From Longimicrobiales bacterium (GTDB lineage Bacteria > Gemmatimonadota > Gemmatimonadetes > Longimicrobiales > Gaopeijiaceae): a DNA stretch of 64,000 bases. Shown here piece after piece: positions 17,027-28,700 of the stretch; the stretch's first letter is position 1; each line of letters starts with the position of its first letter. The stretch spans positions 2,880,001 to 2,944,000 of the forward strand of contig CBDFIQ010000002.1 in assembly GCA_965248195.1 (NCBI GenBank), written 5' to 3'. Below the pieces are notes generated by a model. That model was not told where the DNA came from and did no database searches. It saw only the letters and a program-made list of their open reading frames with translations. The position numbers were made by a program, and so were the translations under genes.

Positions 17027-19444
17027 TTAGAACACGGGCCTTCGCACCGGCCGCAATAGAAACAGCCCCTCCTGCGTGCTGCTCACCACGACCGTTCCAC
17101 TCTCGAAAAACGGATAGGCCGTCCACGCGCCCGACATCGTCGGTGGATTTCCCTCATACGGAGTGGTGTCGAAGAAGCCAATCTCTTCGGGATTCTCCGG
17201 ATTACTGATGTCCAGAACCCTCAGACCCGCCTGGTAGTTGGCCTGGTACATCCGGTCGCCGCGGATGTACAAATTGTGATCCGTCGCGGTCGTGGAGCCG
17301 AAATGTTCGGCCACCAGGACCGGATCGTCCAACTCGGCGACATCCCAAACGAGTGTGCGGGTACGCTCGGCCAGTGCCGTGAGCTCGTCGAGCTCGTCGT
17401 TCATGTAGTAGTACCGTTGGTCCTCGGTCAGCCACCCTTGGTGGATATAGGCCATGCCGGGATAGGTCGCTGAAGCGATCGACACCGGATCGTCCTTGTC
17501 GGTGACGTCCACGATCCGAAGCGCTGTCTCGTTGGACGCGAAGCAAATCTGGCGTCCCCGAAAATCGGCATCGGGCCCGACGTACTCCACACACTGAGCA
17601 TCGTGGGTCCGACCCGCCCACACGAGGCCCTCGGTGTCGGTGTAACATCCCGCGAACGTCGGCGTGAGCGGGTCGCGAATGTCGACCATGTGCAGACCTC
17701 CTCCGCACGTGTCACCCCCACCCGACGCACCGACGGGAAACGCGAATCCACTCTGCGTATCGATGACGAGATTATGCGCGGAGGCGATGCCATCGTAGCG
17801 CGCGTCGGCCGTGAGGGTCACCGGGGGTTCCCTCACGTCCCGGAGTCTTCGGAGGTCGAACACGGGCATCCCCGTATCGCCGCCTCCGATGAAGAAAGCG
17901 TGGTCTGCGTAGACCTTGATGTCCTGAGCCGTGCCACCCTCCGCCGCCAACAAACCGACATATGCGGGTAGCGACGGGTCCGTGATGTCGACCACCGAAG
18001 CTCCGCCGATACGTGCGACGAGAGCATACTCTCGGCGGGTTTCCGGATCCGTCCATCCCCACACGTCGGTTATGCCCCCGGCAAGAGCCGGGCTCCCCGG
18101 CGAAAGGCCCAACTCCGAGAGAGGCAGGAACGCGAGCAGATCGACATCGTTACACTCGAACTGATCGGCCTGACCCTCGGCGCAGAGCACTTCCTCTCCC
18201 GTGATCATCGGAAGCGCAGTGGGAAGACTCAGCCAGTCACCCTGACCCCACCGCCCGTTGGCCGGCCGCGAAAAGACCGCGGCCCGGCCCCTTCCCCCAT
18301 CCGCACCTGGAGCCCCCGCGACCGCGACGTTACGGCCTATCGCCACCGTCGAGCCGAGAGCGAACCCCGCCTCGACATCCCGCACCGAAAAGATCTCAAC
18401 CGCCTGCCAGACGTCACCGCTACGGTTGCGCACGAACCGGTGAACCCCACCCCTGCCCTCATCGGTACCGGGCGCGCCGACCAACAACTCGTTTTCTTGG
18501 AACGTGAGAGAAGACCCGAAAAGATCGCCGATCATACGCGCTCTCGGCGCTATGCGGTCCTGCTCCGTCCAAGTTCGGCGCGCCTCATCCCAGGTGTACT
18601 CGACGACGATGCCGCGCGACTCGGCCGTTCCAGGATGGCCAATCAGCGCCGCCTCGCCATCGATGGCGACCGCGGCCCCAAAGCCGCTGTTGGGGAAGGG
18701 GCTGGGGGCCGAGATGAGCACATCTTCGCTCCATTCGCCGGAAACAGGATCCCGCGAAAAGATGTATGCGGCACCTGATCGCCCATGCCCGGGCGCGCCC
18801 ACGATCGCCAGATCGCCCCTGATCATCAATGAGGCACCAAATCGGTCGTCACGTTGTGGCTCCGAACGCTCCAATCGGGCCCGCTCGACCCTCGCGCCGG
18901 AGCCGGCGTTCCGCTCGAAGACTCTCACGCCGCCGAGCCCCCCGATGGTGGCCACCAACGCTCGCTCACCATCCGTATCGACGACTCGTAGAGGTGGCCG
19001 GAGGATCTCCACCAGCGCCGCGTAATTCCACTGGGCCTCACCGCCATTCGAATCAGTCACGAGTGGGAGGCTCTCCACTCGGCTCCAGCGGCGCAGGGCG
19101 TTACGCTGGAACAAGTGGGCGCCCCACCGCTCATCGGCGTCGCCGGCCGCTACGACCAGCATGTCCCCGGAAACGGCGATGGAGGGGCTCAGGCCCTCAC
19201 CCGTCGAGGTACTCCCCTCCGCGCCGAGCTGATCCACCACCTGCCAAACACCCTCGACATCCCTCTGGTAAACCAGGGCCGCTCCCGGTCCTTGCCCGTA
19301 CGTTGGCTTGAGCACGAGGACATCATCGCCGACGACCCCGACCGCACTTCCGAATCCGCCTTGAGCAGAGAGGGGAGTGAAAACGATCGCTGGGAGTAGG
19401 ACCCCGAGGAAAACAGCGAGGGACGTCATGGTCATACGATTCAT
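17027..19444 (-). CDS. Secreted choice-of-anchor-B-like protein with N-terminal FG-GAP repeats
   Basis: Signal peptide from ATG 19444; FG-x-A/S-V/L...VGAPG repeats; DVWGWTDP, HDAQCV, YIHQGWLTED, DHNLY, GAWTAYPFFESG. Confidence 0.82.
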   Translation of the reverse strand: MNRMTMTSLAVFLGVLLPAIVFTPLSAQGGFGSAVGVVGDDVLVLKPTYGQGPGAALVYQRDVEGVWQVVDQLGAEGSTSTGEGLSPSIAVSGDMLVVAAGDADERWGAHLFQRNALRRWSRVESLPLVTDSNGGEAQWNYAALVEILRPPLRVVDTDGERALVATIGGLGGVRVFERNAGSGARVERARLERSEPQRDDRFGASLMIRGDLAIVGAPGHGRSGAAYIFSRDPVSGEWSEDVLISAPSPFPNSGFGAAVAIDGEAALIGHPGTAESRGIVVEYTWDEARRTWTEQDRIAPRARMIGDLFGSSLTFQENELLVGAPGTDEGRGGVHRFVRNRSGDVWQAVEIFSVRDVEAGFALGSTVAIGRNVAVAGAPGADGGRGRAAVFSRPANGRWGQGDWLSLPTALPMITGEEVLCAEGQADQFECNDVDLLAFLPLSELGLSPGSPALAGGITDVWGWTDPETRREYALVARIGGASVVDITDPSLPAYVGLLAAEGGTAQDIKVYADHAFFIGGGDTGMPVFDLRRLRDVREPPVTLTADARYDGIASAHNLVIDTQSGFAFPVGASGGGDTCGGGLHMVDIRDPLTPTFAGCYTDTEGLVWAGRTHDAQCVEYVGPDADFRGRQICFASNETALRIVDVTDKDDPVSIASATYPGMAYIHQGWLTEDQRYYYMNDELDELTALAERTRTLVWDVAELDDPVLVAEHFGSTTATDHNLYIRGDRMYQANYQAGLRVLDISNPENPEEIGFFDTTPYEGNPPTMSGAWTAYPFFESGTVVVSSTQEGLFLLRPVRRPVF

Positions 19445-19706
19445 CCGATTCCGGGACCAGCGTTTCAGGATCTTTACCCAAAGGGGGACGAAGAGCAACA
19501 CCGTGACCCGTCCACCATTCCAGCAAGGAACGCGCCGGAAACCGAAGAGTGCCCCCTGGGTGTATTGCGCCAACGCCTCCAATGCGGCAAAGTCGAAACC
19601 GGGAACAGAGGGGTGGTAGGGGGGATTGGACTTTCTGGACCAAAGCCACCCGGCGATGAACGCTACCGAGGAGAGCCGTCGAATGGGTAAAAGCCGCAAG
19701 GATGTC

Positions 19707-20318
19707 ATGAAACCGATCCTGGCATTGCTGGGCGTTACTGTCGTGCTGACCCTGGGGACGTGGCTGGTCATGGGGTCCGAGCCCCGGCTCGGGCCACACG
19801 ACGGCTTGGACCTCCCCGGAGTAGATACGGGAAGGGTCGCGGTCGGCGACGTCGCCCCGGACTTCTCGCTGGTGAGCTACGCGGGCACTGTGACCACGCT
19901 CTCGGACTTCCGAGGCGACAAGAACGTCGTCCTCGCCTTCTATCGAGGCTATTGGTGACCTTTTTGCGCCCGTCAGTTCGGGGAACTGAGAGACCTCCTG
20001 TCTCCGGAGCAGAGAGCCAACACGGAGATCCTTGCCATATCGGTGGATGACCACGATGAACAGCAGATGATGATCGACCGGGTCGCCGAGGAGTATGGTG
20101 GGCTCATCGAGTTTCAACTGCTGCAGGACCTGGACCACGCGGTCATGGACCGTTACGGGCTTTTCAACCCCGATGACTCGCAGAGGCGTGCGATCCCACA
20201 TCCCACCACGTTCGTTATCGACAAGCAGGGAGTCGTGCGTTGGAAGTTCCTCGAGATCAATTTTCGGATCCGGCCCACGAACGAGGACATCCTGGCGGCG
20301 GTGGCGGAGCTGGAGTAG
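19707..20318 (+). CDS. Peroxiredoxin-like (AhpC/TSA) selenoprotein with UxxC motif
   Basis: Track ORFs 19626-19958 and 20043-20318 are in frame. TGA 19956-19958 reads FYRGYW-U-PFCARQ. Downstream hairpin TCAGTTC-GGG-GAACTGA; P(T)[12 protein letters not shown] fold motif. Confidence 0.88.
19973..19989 (+). promoter_or_regulatory. Putative bacterial SECIS hairpin
   Basis: 7-bp stem with GGG loop, starting 14 nt after the in-frame TGA. Confidence 0.6.
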
Positions 20319-20376
20319 CCCCAGCTCCCGGCCATCACCTTTGCGGCGACCCCATCTACAGGGGTCGCCACCGTCA

Positions 20377-21447
20377 TCAGTCCTCCTCCTCTATCGTCGT
20401 GAAAGCGATGGCGAAGGGACAGATGCCGACCGGAATGGTGATCTGCGCATCGTACGCTCCGTCGTGCCGGTTCGCTGTGCCGGGATCCTGGCAGAAGCCG
20501 GGAGTCAGCGTATAGAGTCTCCCTGCCTCGTCGAATCCGACTCCTGAGGTGCTGGGAACCCCGCCGGGCTCCAAGGCCTCCGCCGGTCCCCGGATGAAAG
20601 CGTCCAGGCTTGTATCCCAAACCGCAACCCCGTACGAGAACGCGCCAACGAACGCCCGGGCGGATGGACCCAGCGCCAGGCTCCCAGGGAAGTCACCAAA
20701 ACCTGGGTGATGCTCTGCCTCGGTCAGGCTGGTCAGGTTCACGACGGAAAGGGACCCGTTCGCCGCTCCAAACGACCCCGAGTTCACGATGTAGAGCCGC
20801 CCGTCGGGGCCCACGCCGCCCGCTGCGGCGTTCTCACCGCTCAGTTTTATGGTCGACGTAAGCTCAAGACTCTCGATGTCGATGACCGACACGGTCGCCG
20901 GTCCGTCAGGGGCGAAAGACTCGTCGAGTTCTGCGTTCAGCACGAACGCCCGCCCACCCTCGACCACAATCGCTTGTGGGAACCGGCCTACCGCGATGTC
21001 GCTCCCACTAGTGCCCGCGAGAACGTTGATCGGCGTGACGGAGTTGAGACTGGAATTCGCGGCCAGTACGATGGAATCGTTCACGAAGGCGGCGCCCGTC
21101 GCACCGGATCCCTCGGGGAGCCCCACCGTCATGACCACCGCCCCCTCCTTCAGATCCACGACCGCAACGGCCGGAACGAAGCCGAGCGGAACGGCGGCGA
21201 GATTTCCCCTCACGGCCATCGTGACGGGGCTACCGTCTGGACCGAGGCCGACGATTCGAGTCTGCGCCGGGTTCTCGACCTCGAAAATAGTGAGGCTCAG
21301 GTCCACGCTCGACAGTACCACACCCACTTCGGCGGTTTCCGCAGGCAGCGCCTCAGTGCCGTCGCCGGAGCAAGCCGCCAGAAGCAGAGCCCCCAGGAAC
21401 GTGAGGCTCAGACGCTGCGAGCGGGCTCTTCGTGGTTCGTACTTCAT
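20377..21447 (-). CDS. YncE-like beta-propeller lipoprotein (probable cobalamin-uptake partner)
   Basis: Lipobox LLAAC; repeated VSVID/IAVG.FP blades; directly downstream of the TonB receptor under a B12 riboswitch. Confidence 0.75.
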   Translation of the reverse strand: MKYEPRRARSQRLSLTFLGALLLAACSGDGTEALPAETAEVGVVLSSVDLSLTIFEVENPAQTRIVGLGPDGSPVTMAVRGNLAAVPLGFVPAVAVVDLKEGAVVMTVGLPEGSGATGAAFVNDSIVLAANSSLNSVTPINVLAGTSGSDIAVGRFPQAIVVEGGRAFVLNAELDESFAPDGPATVSVIDIESLELTSTIKLSGENAAAGGVGPDGRLYIVNSGSFGAANGSLSVVNLTSLTEAEHHPGFGDFPGSLALGPSARAFVGAFSYGVAVWDTSLDAFIRGPAEALEPGGVPSTSGVGFDEAGRLYTLTPGFCQDPGTANRHDGAYDAQITIPVGICPFAIAFTTIEEED

Positions 21448-21469
21448 TTCAGGTTCTCCGGTAAAGTGA

Positions 21470-23668
21470 TCAGGAACTCGGACCGAGCCGGAGCTCCACA
21501 CGGAGCGTTCGACCCGGGTCGGGATAGGCGAAGATCAAAGCGTCGGTGACGTTGAAGAGACGTTCGATCCTCAGGCGGCTTTCCGCGCTCCAGCCCCCGA
21601 AAAGCCAGCGGTGTCCCACGTCGAAGTCCGTCACCCAGAATCCAGGCAGCTCGTTCACGGGCGCCGGGACGGGGAATCGAGCCCCTGTAAAGCGGGAGGC
21701 CAGACGGAGCGACCAAGGGCCCCGTTGCCATCCAGCGTTGACCGTAGCCCCGTAACGCGGGCGGTACGCCACTTGGACGTCATCGGGCCCGCCCCGGTCG
21801 TAGGTGGTGCGGGCGAGGCTGAAGCTCCCTCCCACAGCCAAACCCACTCGGGGTACCTCCACCTCCAGGCCTGCCTCACCCCCAGACCTTCGAACGTCCG
21901 TATTCCGGGGGCTCCAAACAAAGCGGAAGTCCGGGAGCCAAACGATCATCCCCTTCATATCGCCTTTGTAGGCCTCCGCAGATACGCGTACGGCCGCCAC
22001 CCCCAACTCCCCTGCCCACGACACCTGGGCCGCGATCTCGGACGGTACACGCTCCGCCCGGAGGTCGGGGTTGGGTTCCACGCCCACGCCTTCCCGGAAG
22101 AACTGGTCTCCGAGCGTCGGTGGGCTGAAGGCACTACGGTGTGCTAGGCGAAGAAAAACGGGGCTGAGAGGAACGCTGAGCGCGAACTCATGGCTCGCGT
22201 GCCACCGATCGGTCCGCCCAACCCAGTGCCCGCGGATGGACGACGACACCGACCACGCCTCCTCCGAAGGCGACCACGTGCCCGAGGCACGCAACCCGAG
22301 ATCGGTCCGGCGTGGGGGGGCGTCTGGACTCAATGCATCACCTTCCACACTCTGCATGTCCAAATCGACTCCGCCGGACATCGCCCGCAGTACTCCGATT
22401 CCGGGGATCGCCCCTTCTACCGACGCCCCTACCGCCCGCAGCAGGGTGCGATCGTCATACGGAGCCCCGAATGGGGGATCGGAGTCACGGAAGCGAGTCG
22501 TCTGTCGAGTGGCGTACGTGCGCACACTCAACGATCCATCCTCGAGGACTCCCATATTCCAACCCGCGGAAAAACGCGCCCGGTCGAGATCTTGTCGTGC
22601 GTCCCGTGAAGGGGCGAAGCTCCGCCCCGGAAGTCCCCGTTCCAGAGTCTCGATTCCCGCCATCGCGCTCAGATCGCCGTCCCGCAACGGACCTGACCAA
22701 CCTGTGCTCGCGCTCCACGTCACGAGATCGGCGTTGCCGCGGTAGGCCTCACCACCCCCTGCCTCCGCCGGAATGGTGAAATCGAATCCACCGTCGAGCC
22801 CCCTACGCTCCACGCGGCCCTGCCAGTGGCCGTTCCAGAGCGCCCCGCCGCCGCCCGCGCCCAGGCCGAACTGCTCGAGCGACCCGGCCCAAGTGGACAC
22901 TTGCCACGGTTCCGCGTCGCCGGAGGTCTCCAGAAGAATCACTCCGGCCGCCGCCCGGGGGCCGAAGCGAGCCGAGAGCGCACCCGGGAGAACCGTCGCG
23001 TGCGTAAGGCTCCGGGCGGGAACACTGGAGAGATCCGCCTCGCCGGTCACAGGGTCGTTGAGTGGCACACCATCGAGAAGCACCAGAACAGCGTCGGGAT
23101 TGCTGCCCCGCACGCTGATCCGCTGGGGGCCGCCCCTCGTTTGTTCCTGGACCACGATGCCGGGAACGGCTCGGAGGGCATCTCCCGCCGTCCGGGCGCC
23201 CGATCCCACGATCGTTTCGCGGAGAAGAACGATTCCTCCCGTGGACGCGATGGTAGCCGTGATCCCGCCGACTTCGAGCGCCACCGGGGTAAGCGCTAGT
23301 ACGACTCGGGCTACGACACCGTTCTGGACCTCGACGTTTCGGTAGGTGCGGACATACCCTAGCCGGCGGACCGATAAGCGATAGGAACCCGGCTCCAGCC
23401 CCCTCAGCCGGAAGCCGCCAGAAGCGTCGGTCGACGTCTTCCACCCGCCCGGCCCGAGGAGGACTTCAACCGCGCCGAGCGGGGTCCTCGTGAGGGAATC
23501 CACGATCCGGCCGGATAGCTCGCCGGGCCATTGGGTGGCGGAGGCCCTCACCGGCAGCGCCAAAAGAGCGAGCAGGGCTAAACCAGCGCACCTGTACCTA
23601 TGGGCAGCACCCGTCCAGCCAGGACGGCCACCGCGCATCGTCGACCGACAGAATGAAGAAACCCGCAT
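21470..23668 (-). CDS. TonB-dependent receptor, probably for cobalamin (BtuB-like)
   Basis: Carboxypeptidase-regulatory-like N-domain; plug ISVRGS...VLLDGVPLN; barrel ending YPDPGRTLRVELR; riboswitch upstream. Confidence 0.85.
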   Translation of the reverse strand: MRVSSFCRSTMRGGRPGWTGAAHRYRCAGLALLALLALPVRASATQWPGELSGRIVDSLTRTPLGAVEVLLGPGGWKTSTDASGGFRLRGLEPGSYRLSVRRLGYVRTYRNVEVQNGVVARVVLALTPVALEVGGITATIASTGGIVLLRETIVGSGARTAGDALRAVPGIVVQEQTRGGPQRISVRGSNPDAVLVLLDGVPLNDPVTGEADLSSVPARSLTHATVLPGALSARFGPRAAAGVILLETSGDAEPWQVSTWAGSLEQFGLGAGGGGALWNGHWQGRVERRGLDGGFDFTIPAEAGGGEAYRGNADLVTWSASTGWSGPLRDGDLSAMAGIETLERGLPGRSFAPSRDARQDLDRARFSAGWNMGVLEDGSLSVRTYATRQTTRFRDSDPPFGAPYDDRTLLRAVGASVEGAIPGIGVLRAMSGGVDLDMQSVEGDALSPDAPPRRTDLGLRASGTWSPSEEAWSVSSSIRGHWVGRTDRWHASHEFALSVPLSPVFLRLAHRSAFSPPTLGDQFFREGVGVEPNPDLRAERVPSEIAAQVSWAGELGVAAVRVSAEAYKGDMKGMIVWLPDFRFVWSPRNTDVRRSGGEAGLEVEVPRVGLAVGGSFSLARTTYDRGGPDDVQVAYRPRYGATVNAGWQRGPWSLRLASRFTGARFPVPAPVNELPGFWVTDFDVGHRWLFGGWSAESRLRIERLFNVTDALIFAYPDPGRTLRVELRLGPSS

Positions 23669-23694
23669 CTCTTCCCCTCGAAGAGTGCTTGGCG

Positions 23695-23866
23695 ATGCGG
23701 GCGCGCAGGTCTACTGACTTAGGGCGGCACTCCCTCGCCTTCCCAGGGCCTGTCGGCTCCAGTGGCATTCATGAGGGGGCCTGTCCGGCGCAAAAACGCG
23801 CCGAGCCCAACACAGTGGCGGGGCCGTGCCGGATTGTCACCGGCTTCCGAGATGCCTCGCCCGCAT
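23695..23866 (-). ncRNA. Cobalamin riboswitch
   Basis: Minus strand GGAAGCCGGTGACAATCCGGCACGGCCCCGCCACTGT...GCCACTG...TGGGAAGGC...AAGTCAGTAGACCTGC; closing stem ATGCGGGCG/CGCCCGCAT. Confidence 0.9.
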
Positions 23867-24113
23867 AATTAGGTTGTCGAAGAGCAACCTATCAGGGGCC
23901 GTGAGGGCGCGTCAAACGAAGCGGCTAGAATCATGGTCAAATTCTGCTCAAGAACTGCTTGGGAAAAACGTCAAACTGGGGCACATTTGAAACGTTGATA
24001 GCGATTTCCTCCAGCGCACGGGAAATACCATCAAGGACATTGCCCCCGACCTTGGGACGCTCGAGCGTCGTGATCGCCAGCGCTGGTGGACCGCGATTCT
24101 CATCATACTCGTT

Positions 24114-25394
24114 TTGACCGTAGCGCTGATCATGTCTCACATACCCGAGCTTGTCGGCGCGAGCGAGGATTTCGTGGAGGGAAGCAGGACCTATCTCATC
24201 GGGCTCTTCGTGCTGGTCCCACTCTTCTGCCTGTACGTGTTACAGACCACCGCCCAGTCGCGAAGGCTACGAGCTCACCTTATCGAGAATCAAAACAAGG
24301 ACGACTTCGTCGCGATCGTCTCACACGAGCTCCGGACACCGCTCGCAACCATCTCCAACGTTCTCTCCAATGCGTTGGCCGGCGTCTGGGGAGAGCTCAG
24401 TGACGAAGCCCGTACCGAGTTCGAGACCGGCCGCACCAACGCGAAGAGGCTGGCAAACGTGGTCAGCAACCTGTTGGATATGTCGACCATCCGAGCCGGA
24501 CGCGTCTCCCTCGAAAAGTCGCAAGTCGACATGCCCGGACTGGTTCACAGCGTCACCGAGTCGGTCAAAGCGAAAGCCAAGAAAAAGGGCGTCGCGCTCC
24601 AGGCGTCGCACGATCCGTACCTCGGGCTGGTCTTTTGCGATCCGGAGATGATCGTGCGCGTCGTCACGAACCTGGTCGGGAACGCGATCAAGTTCACCGA
24701 GGACGGCGGAACGATTTCTATCGCCGTCCGGAACGGTCTCAAAGACGTCCAAGTCTCCGTATCCGATACGGGAGATGGCATCGCCCCGGAGAACCACTCG
24801 CGCATCTTCGAGCGGTTTCAGCAAGTCGATCGGACGTACGGAACAGGAGAGAAGGGCACCGGCCTCGGCCTGGCCATTTCAAAGGAGTTGGTGGAACTCC
24901 ACGGCGGGACCCTCTGGGTGAAGAGTGAGCTGGGGAAGGGCAGCACGTTCAGCTTCACTCTACCCGTCTACAAGCGGGAGGAGTTGCTGCGGGAGGCCGT
25001 GTACACCGAATTCAAACTGTGTCATCAGAGCGATTACCTCTCCCTTATCGTCTTTGTGTTCAAGCAAGTCGAGTTCGAGGCATTACAATCGCAGAGCGCC
25101 ATCGGGGAGTGGAGGCGATTACTGGGAGAGGTCGAGACATCGATCAGGCAGGTCGGGCGCAGCCTGCATGATACCATGATCCAGTACGGAGACGGACGCT
25201 TGATCATATTCTTGCGCGACACGCCCAAGTCGGGAGCAACCGCGGTGCGAGACCGGATTGCGAGCGCGCTCGTGCCCTATGAGGAGCGCTGCCCTTTCGT
25301 GGTCGCGACGATTTCTTGTCCTGAGGATTCGGAGACCCCAGACGTGTTGGTTACTGACGTCGATAACTTTGTTGAGGAGTTGGCAAATGGGTAA
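24114..25394 (+). CDS. Membrane sensor histidine kinase with a C-terminal degenerate GGDEF-like domain (start uncertain)
   Basis: H-box [10 protein letters not shown]-box [23 protein letters not shown]; tail [14 protein letters not shown]...AVRDRI. Confidence 0.88.
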   Translation: MTVALIMSHIPELVGASEDFVEGSRTYLIGLFVLVPLFCLYVLQTTAQSRRLRAHLIENQNKDDFVAIVSHELRTPLATISNVLSNALAGVWGELSDEARTEFETGRTNAKRLANVVSNLLDMSTIRAGRVSLEKSQVDMPGLVHSVTESVKAKAKKKGVALQASHDPYLGLVFCDPEMIVRVVTNLVGNAIKFTEDGGTISIAVRNGLKDVQVSVSDTGDGIAPENHSRIFERFQQVDRTYGTGEKGTGLGLAISKELVELHGGTLWVKSELGKGSTFSFTLPVYKREELLREAVYTEFKLCHQSDYLSLIVFVFKQVEFEALQSQSAIGEWRRLLGEVETSIRQVGRSLHDTMIQYGDGRLIIFLRDTPKSGATAVRDRIASALVPYEERCPFVVATISCPEDSETPDVLVTDVDNFVEELANG

Positions 25395-25755
25395 AAAACT
25401 ATTCATAGCGGACGATGAGTCTGGCTTCGTGTCGACCCTGAGGTCGCGGCTCGAATTCGAAGGATTCGAGGTCACGACTGCCCCGGACGGTAAGGCGGCC
25501 TTGGAGCTGATCCCGACTGAAATGCCGGATCTGATCCTGCTGGACATCATGATGCCGGCGGTGAACGGCTATCAGGTGTGCCGCGAACTGAAGGCGAACG
25601 CCGACACGAGCACCATCCCAATCCTGATGCTTACGGCCAAATCCCAAGAGAGCGACAAGTTCTGGGGAAAGGAGGCCGGGGCAGACGCCTATATTACAAA
25701 GCCGTTCGACATGGATGATCTGATCAGGGAAATCCGAGGGTTGCTCGACGAGTAA
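25387..25755 (+). CDS. Single-domain response regulator
   Basis: [25 protein letters not shown]. Confidence 0.92.
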   Translation: MGKKLFIADDESGFVSTLRSRLEFEGFEVTTAPDGKAALELIPTEMPDLILLDIMMPAVNGYQVCRELKANADTSTIPILMLTAKSQESDKFWGKEAGADAYITKPFDMDDLIREIRGLLDE

Positions 25756-28700
25756 TGCTGCTGTGGGTTGTTTACAGCCTTGTCGGGACCATCGGCCTCA
25801 TGGTTCTGGCCGTCTTCCTCAGGGAGACCTGGCGTGCCTGGGAGCGTCGGCGATTTGAGAGGCTGAGAACGGTCTGCACCCGGCGATTGCGGGTGCTGAA
25901 GTACTTGGAGGCCGAGGACCTCGCCGCTCGGCTTCGAGCGGCGTTTCCGCTTCCCGTCATTGAAAAGTGTCTCGAGGAATTCTCCGAGCAATCGACGACA
26001 TCCATGCGCGAGAAGCTCGTGCAAGTCAACGAGGACCTCGGCCTTGTCCAGGCCCGCATCGAGGCCCTGACAGACGCCGGCTCGTGGCCCGAGCGCGCAG
26101 CGGCGGCAGAACGGCTGGGACGCATCGGACATTCCGCAGCGGTGCTGCCGCTCATCGCCACACTTCAGGACCAGAGCGAAGACAAGCAGGTCAAGAGCGT
26201 CGCCAGTTTGGCGCTGCGTAACATCCGTGATCCCCGGGCGATCCCACCGCTGGTCGAGGCACTGGGGTGGGACGACGCGGCCATGGGCCAGGCCGTCGCG
26301 GATACGCTCGAGGGGTTCATGCCGCAAGCCGTGCCCGCGTTGCTCGACGTGTTGCAAAGCTCCAAGACCGACGGCCAGCGGTATTGGGCCGTTCGAATCC
26401 TCGGCGCGTCGACCGATTCCGAAAACACGGGTCCCTTGATCGCCGCGCTGCAGGATCGCAGTGAAAAAGTCCGGGCCGAAGCGGCCCGCTCGCTCGGAAG
26501 GCTGAAAGCTCGCCCGGCCATTCACTCGCTCACCGAAACGCTGTTGCGAGATCCCCTTGCGCCAGTGCGGGAAGAGGCGGCGCACGCCTTGGGCGAAATC
26601 GGTGATGAGCAAGCCTTGGAGGCGTTGAAGCAAGCCCTCGGCGAGCTTCCTTACGAGGTACGAGCGAGCGCGCTGACCGCAATGGAGAAAATGGGTGACG
26701 AGGCGGTCCCCCTCTTCCTCCAAGCTCTGGACGAGGACGATGAACGGACGCGCACGCAGGCCGCGACCGCACTTGAGCGCAACGGATACGTCGGTACGCT
26801 GATCGAGCGCCTTGCGGTGGAGTCCGGAACGACCACTGCGCCATCGTTCCTCGTCCTGCTGAAAGTTGCCAGGACCGGCGTCGTCGAGTCGCTCATTCAG
26901 GCCCTCTCGCTTCCGGATCTGCGGGTCCGCGTGCGAATTTGCCAAATCTTGGGCGAGGTCCGCAGCAGAAGCGCGTTAGACGCCCTCAGCGAGGTGGCCG
27001 TCGACGACTCTGAATGGGCGGTGCGGGCCCGCGCCCTCGAGGCCCTCATCCGGATCGGGGACGAGCAGACCCAGGCGCTTTGGTTGCGTCAGTTGAGGGA
27101 CGAAGAGGAGAACGTGCGGGAGTGTATCCTGGAGTCGATGAGCGAGCTCCCCCCCACCGTGTTGGAGCCCATGCTGCCGGATCTTCTGCCCAAGCTCGAC
27201 GATCCCAATCTCAAAATCCGAAAACTGATGGTCGGAGTCGTTGGCTCGATTCGTTCGGAGCGGGTCGAGCATGCGCTCGTCAAGTCGCTCAAGGACTCGG
27301 CGGCTGACGTGCGGGCGCAGGCCGCGAGCGCGTTGGGCCGCTTTTCGCAAAAGGACACCGTCCAAGCCCTTGAACAGTGTCTCGAGGACCCCGAGTCCCT
27401 CGTACGCGGGAACGCGGTTCGCGCCCTGGGCGAGATCAAGGACTCCGCCTCCATTCCGGCCCTTGCCCGGGCCTTCGAGAACGCCGACGACAGCTATCGC
27501 GACGACATCGCCCAAGCGCTGGCCGCCATGAAGCGGAACGATCTGCTCGCCCTCACGGATCTGCTCATGGGGTTGCGCTCGGGGGAGGCCCGGGCCGGCG
27601 TAGCCTGGGCGCTCGGGCTAAAGGGCGACCCGCGGGCCCTGGGCCTCCTGCAAGCGTTCCTCATGGACGAGGAGCCTCTCGTGCGCTCGAGCGCGGCACG
27701 TGCGCTGGGCGAACTCGCCTCCCCCGAGACGGGTGCGGTTCTGCTGCCCTTCCTCGAGGATCCCGATGCCCGGGTCCGTGCCGCGACGGTGGCGAGCCTG
27801 GGCCGGTGCCGGAACCCCGAGCTGGCTAACCCACTCGTCCCCCTGTTGGACGATCCCGATGTTGCTGTGGGTCGCCAGGCCGCGCTCGCCATCGGACAAC
27901 TCGGCCATCCAACGGGGATCACCCATGTCCAGCGCTTCCACGCCCGGGTCTCCGACCCCATCTCCCAGGCCGCGGCGGCGATCGGTCTAACACTCCTGGG
28001 GGACCAGACCGGTCTGGAGACGATTCTCGAAGGGCTACAGGATTCGCGGCTCGCCCCACCGCTGCGCGATCTGATTCGGGCCTGCACCAAGGAAACGCAG
28101 CAGCAATTTTTCGCCGTCCTGACGCTCGATTCCCGCCTCTTTTGGCTCGAGGACCCTGAGGAATTTCGTTCCGAAGCTGTGGAACATTATGTGGGTCTGC
28201 TCCAATCCGATCGACAGCCTTCTGCCCGCATCCGCGCCATGCAGGCACTGGCTCTGTTCGCGGAGAGGCGGTGCGCGCCGATCCTGGAGGCTAGCCTCAA
28301 GAGAGATCCGAACCCGACGGTACGCGCCCAGGCACTGGCGTCCCTCGGTGGGTTCCTCCAGGTGGCCGAGCTCCTCGACCGGCTGGTCTTGGCCATTGGA
28401 GATCCCGCAGACGAGGTCCGGCTTCAGGCGGCCCACACCCTCAACGGGTTGAACCCCGATGACGTCAAGCCCCACCGCGAGCAACTCGTCGAGCTTCTGG
28501 AGACAGAGAACTACGAACTCCAGGAGGCCGTCTGCAAGCTCCTCGCTAGCTGCTACAAACGCGATTGGAGAACCCTCGCCGATCGCCTGATGGGGGCCGA
28601 GAAGACCAATAGTGTCCGAGGGCTAATTCGGACGCTCAGTCTCATCGGCGACCCAAGGATCGGCGTGCTCTTCTTGCCCATCCTCGATCACAGGGAGGCC

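Noticed and set aside
19445..19771. N-terminal extension of the 914-aa ORF
   Set aside because: Overlaps the divergent selenoprotein gene; the signal peptide begins at ATG 19444.
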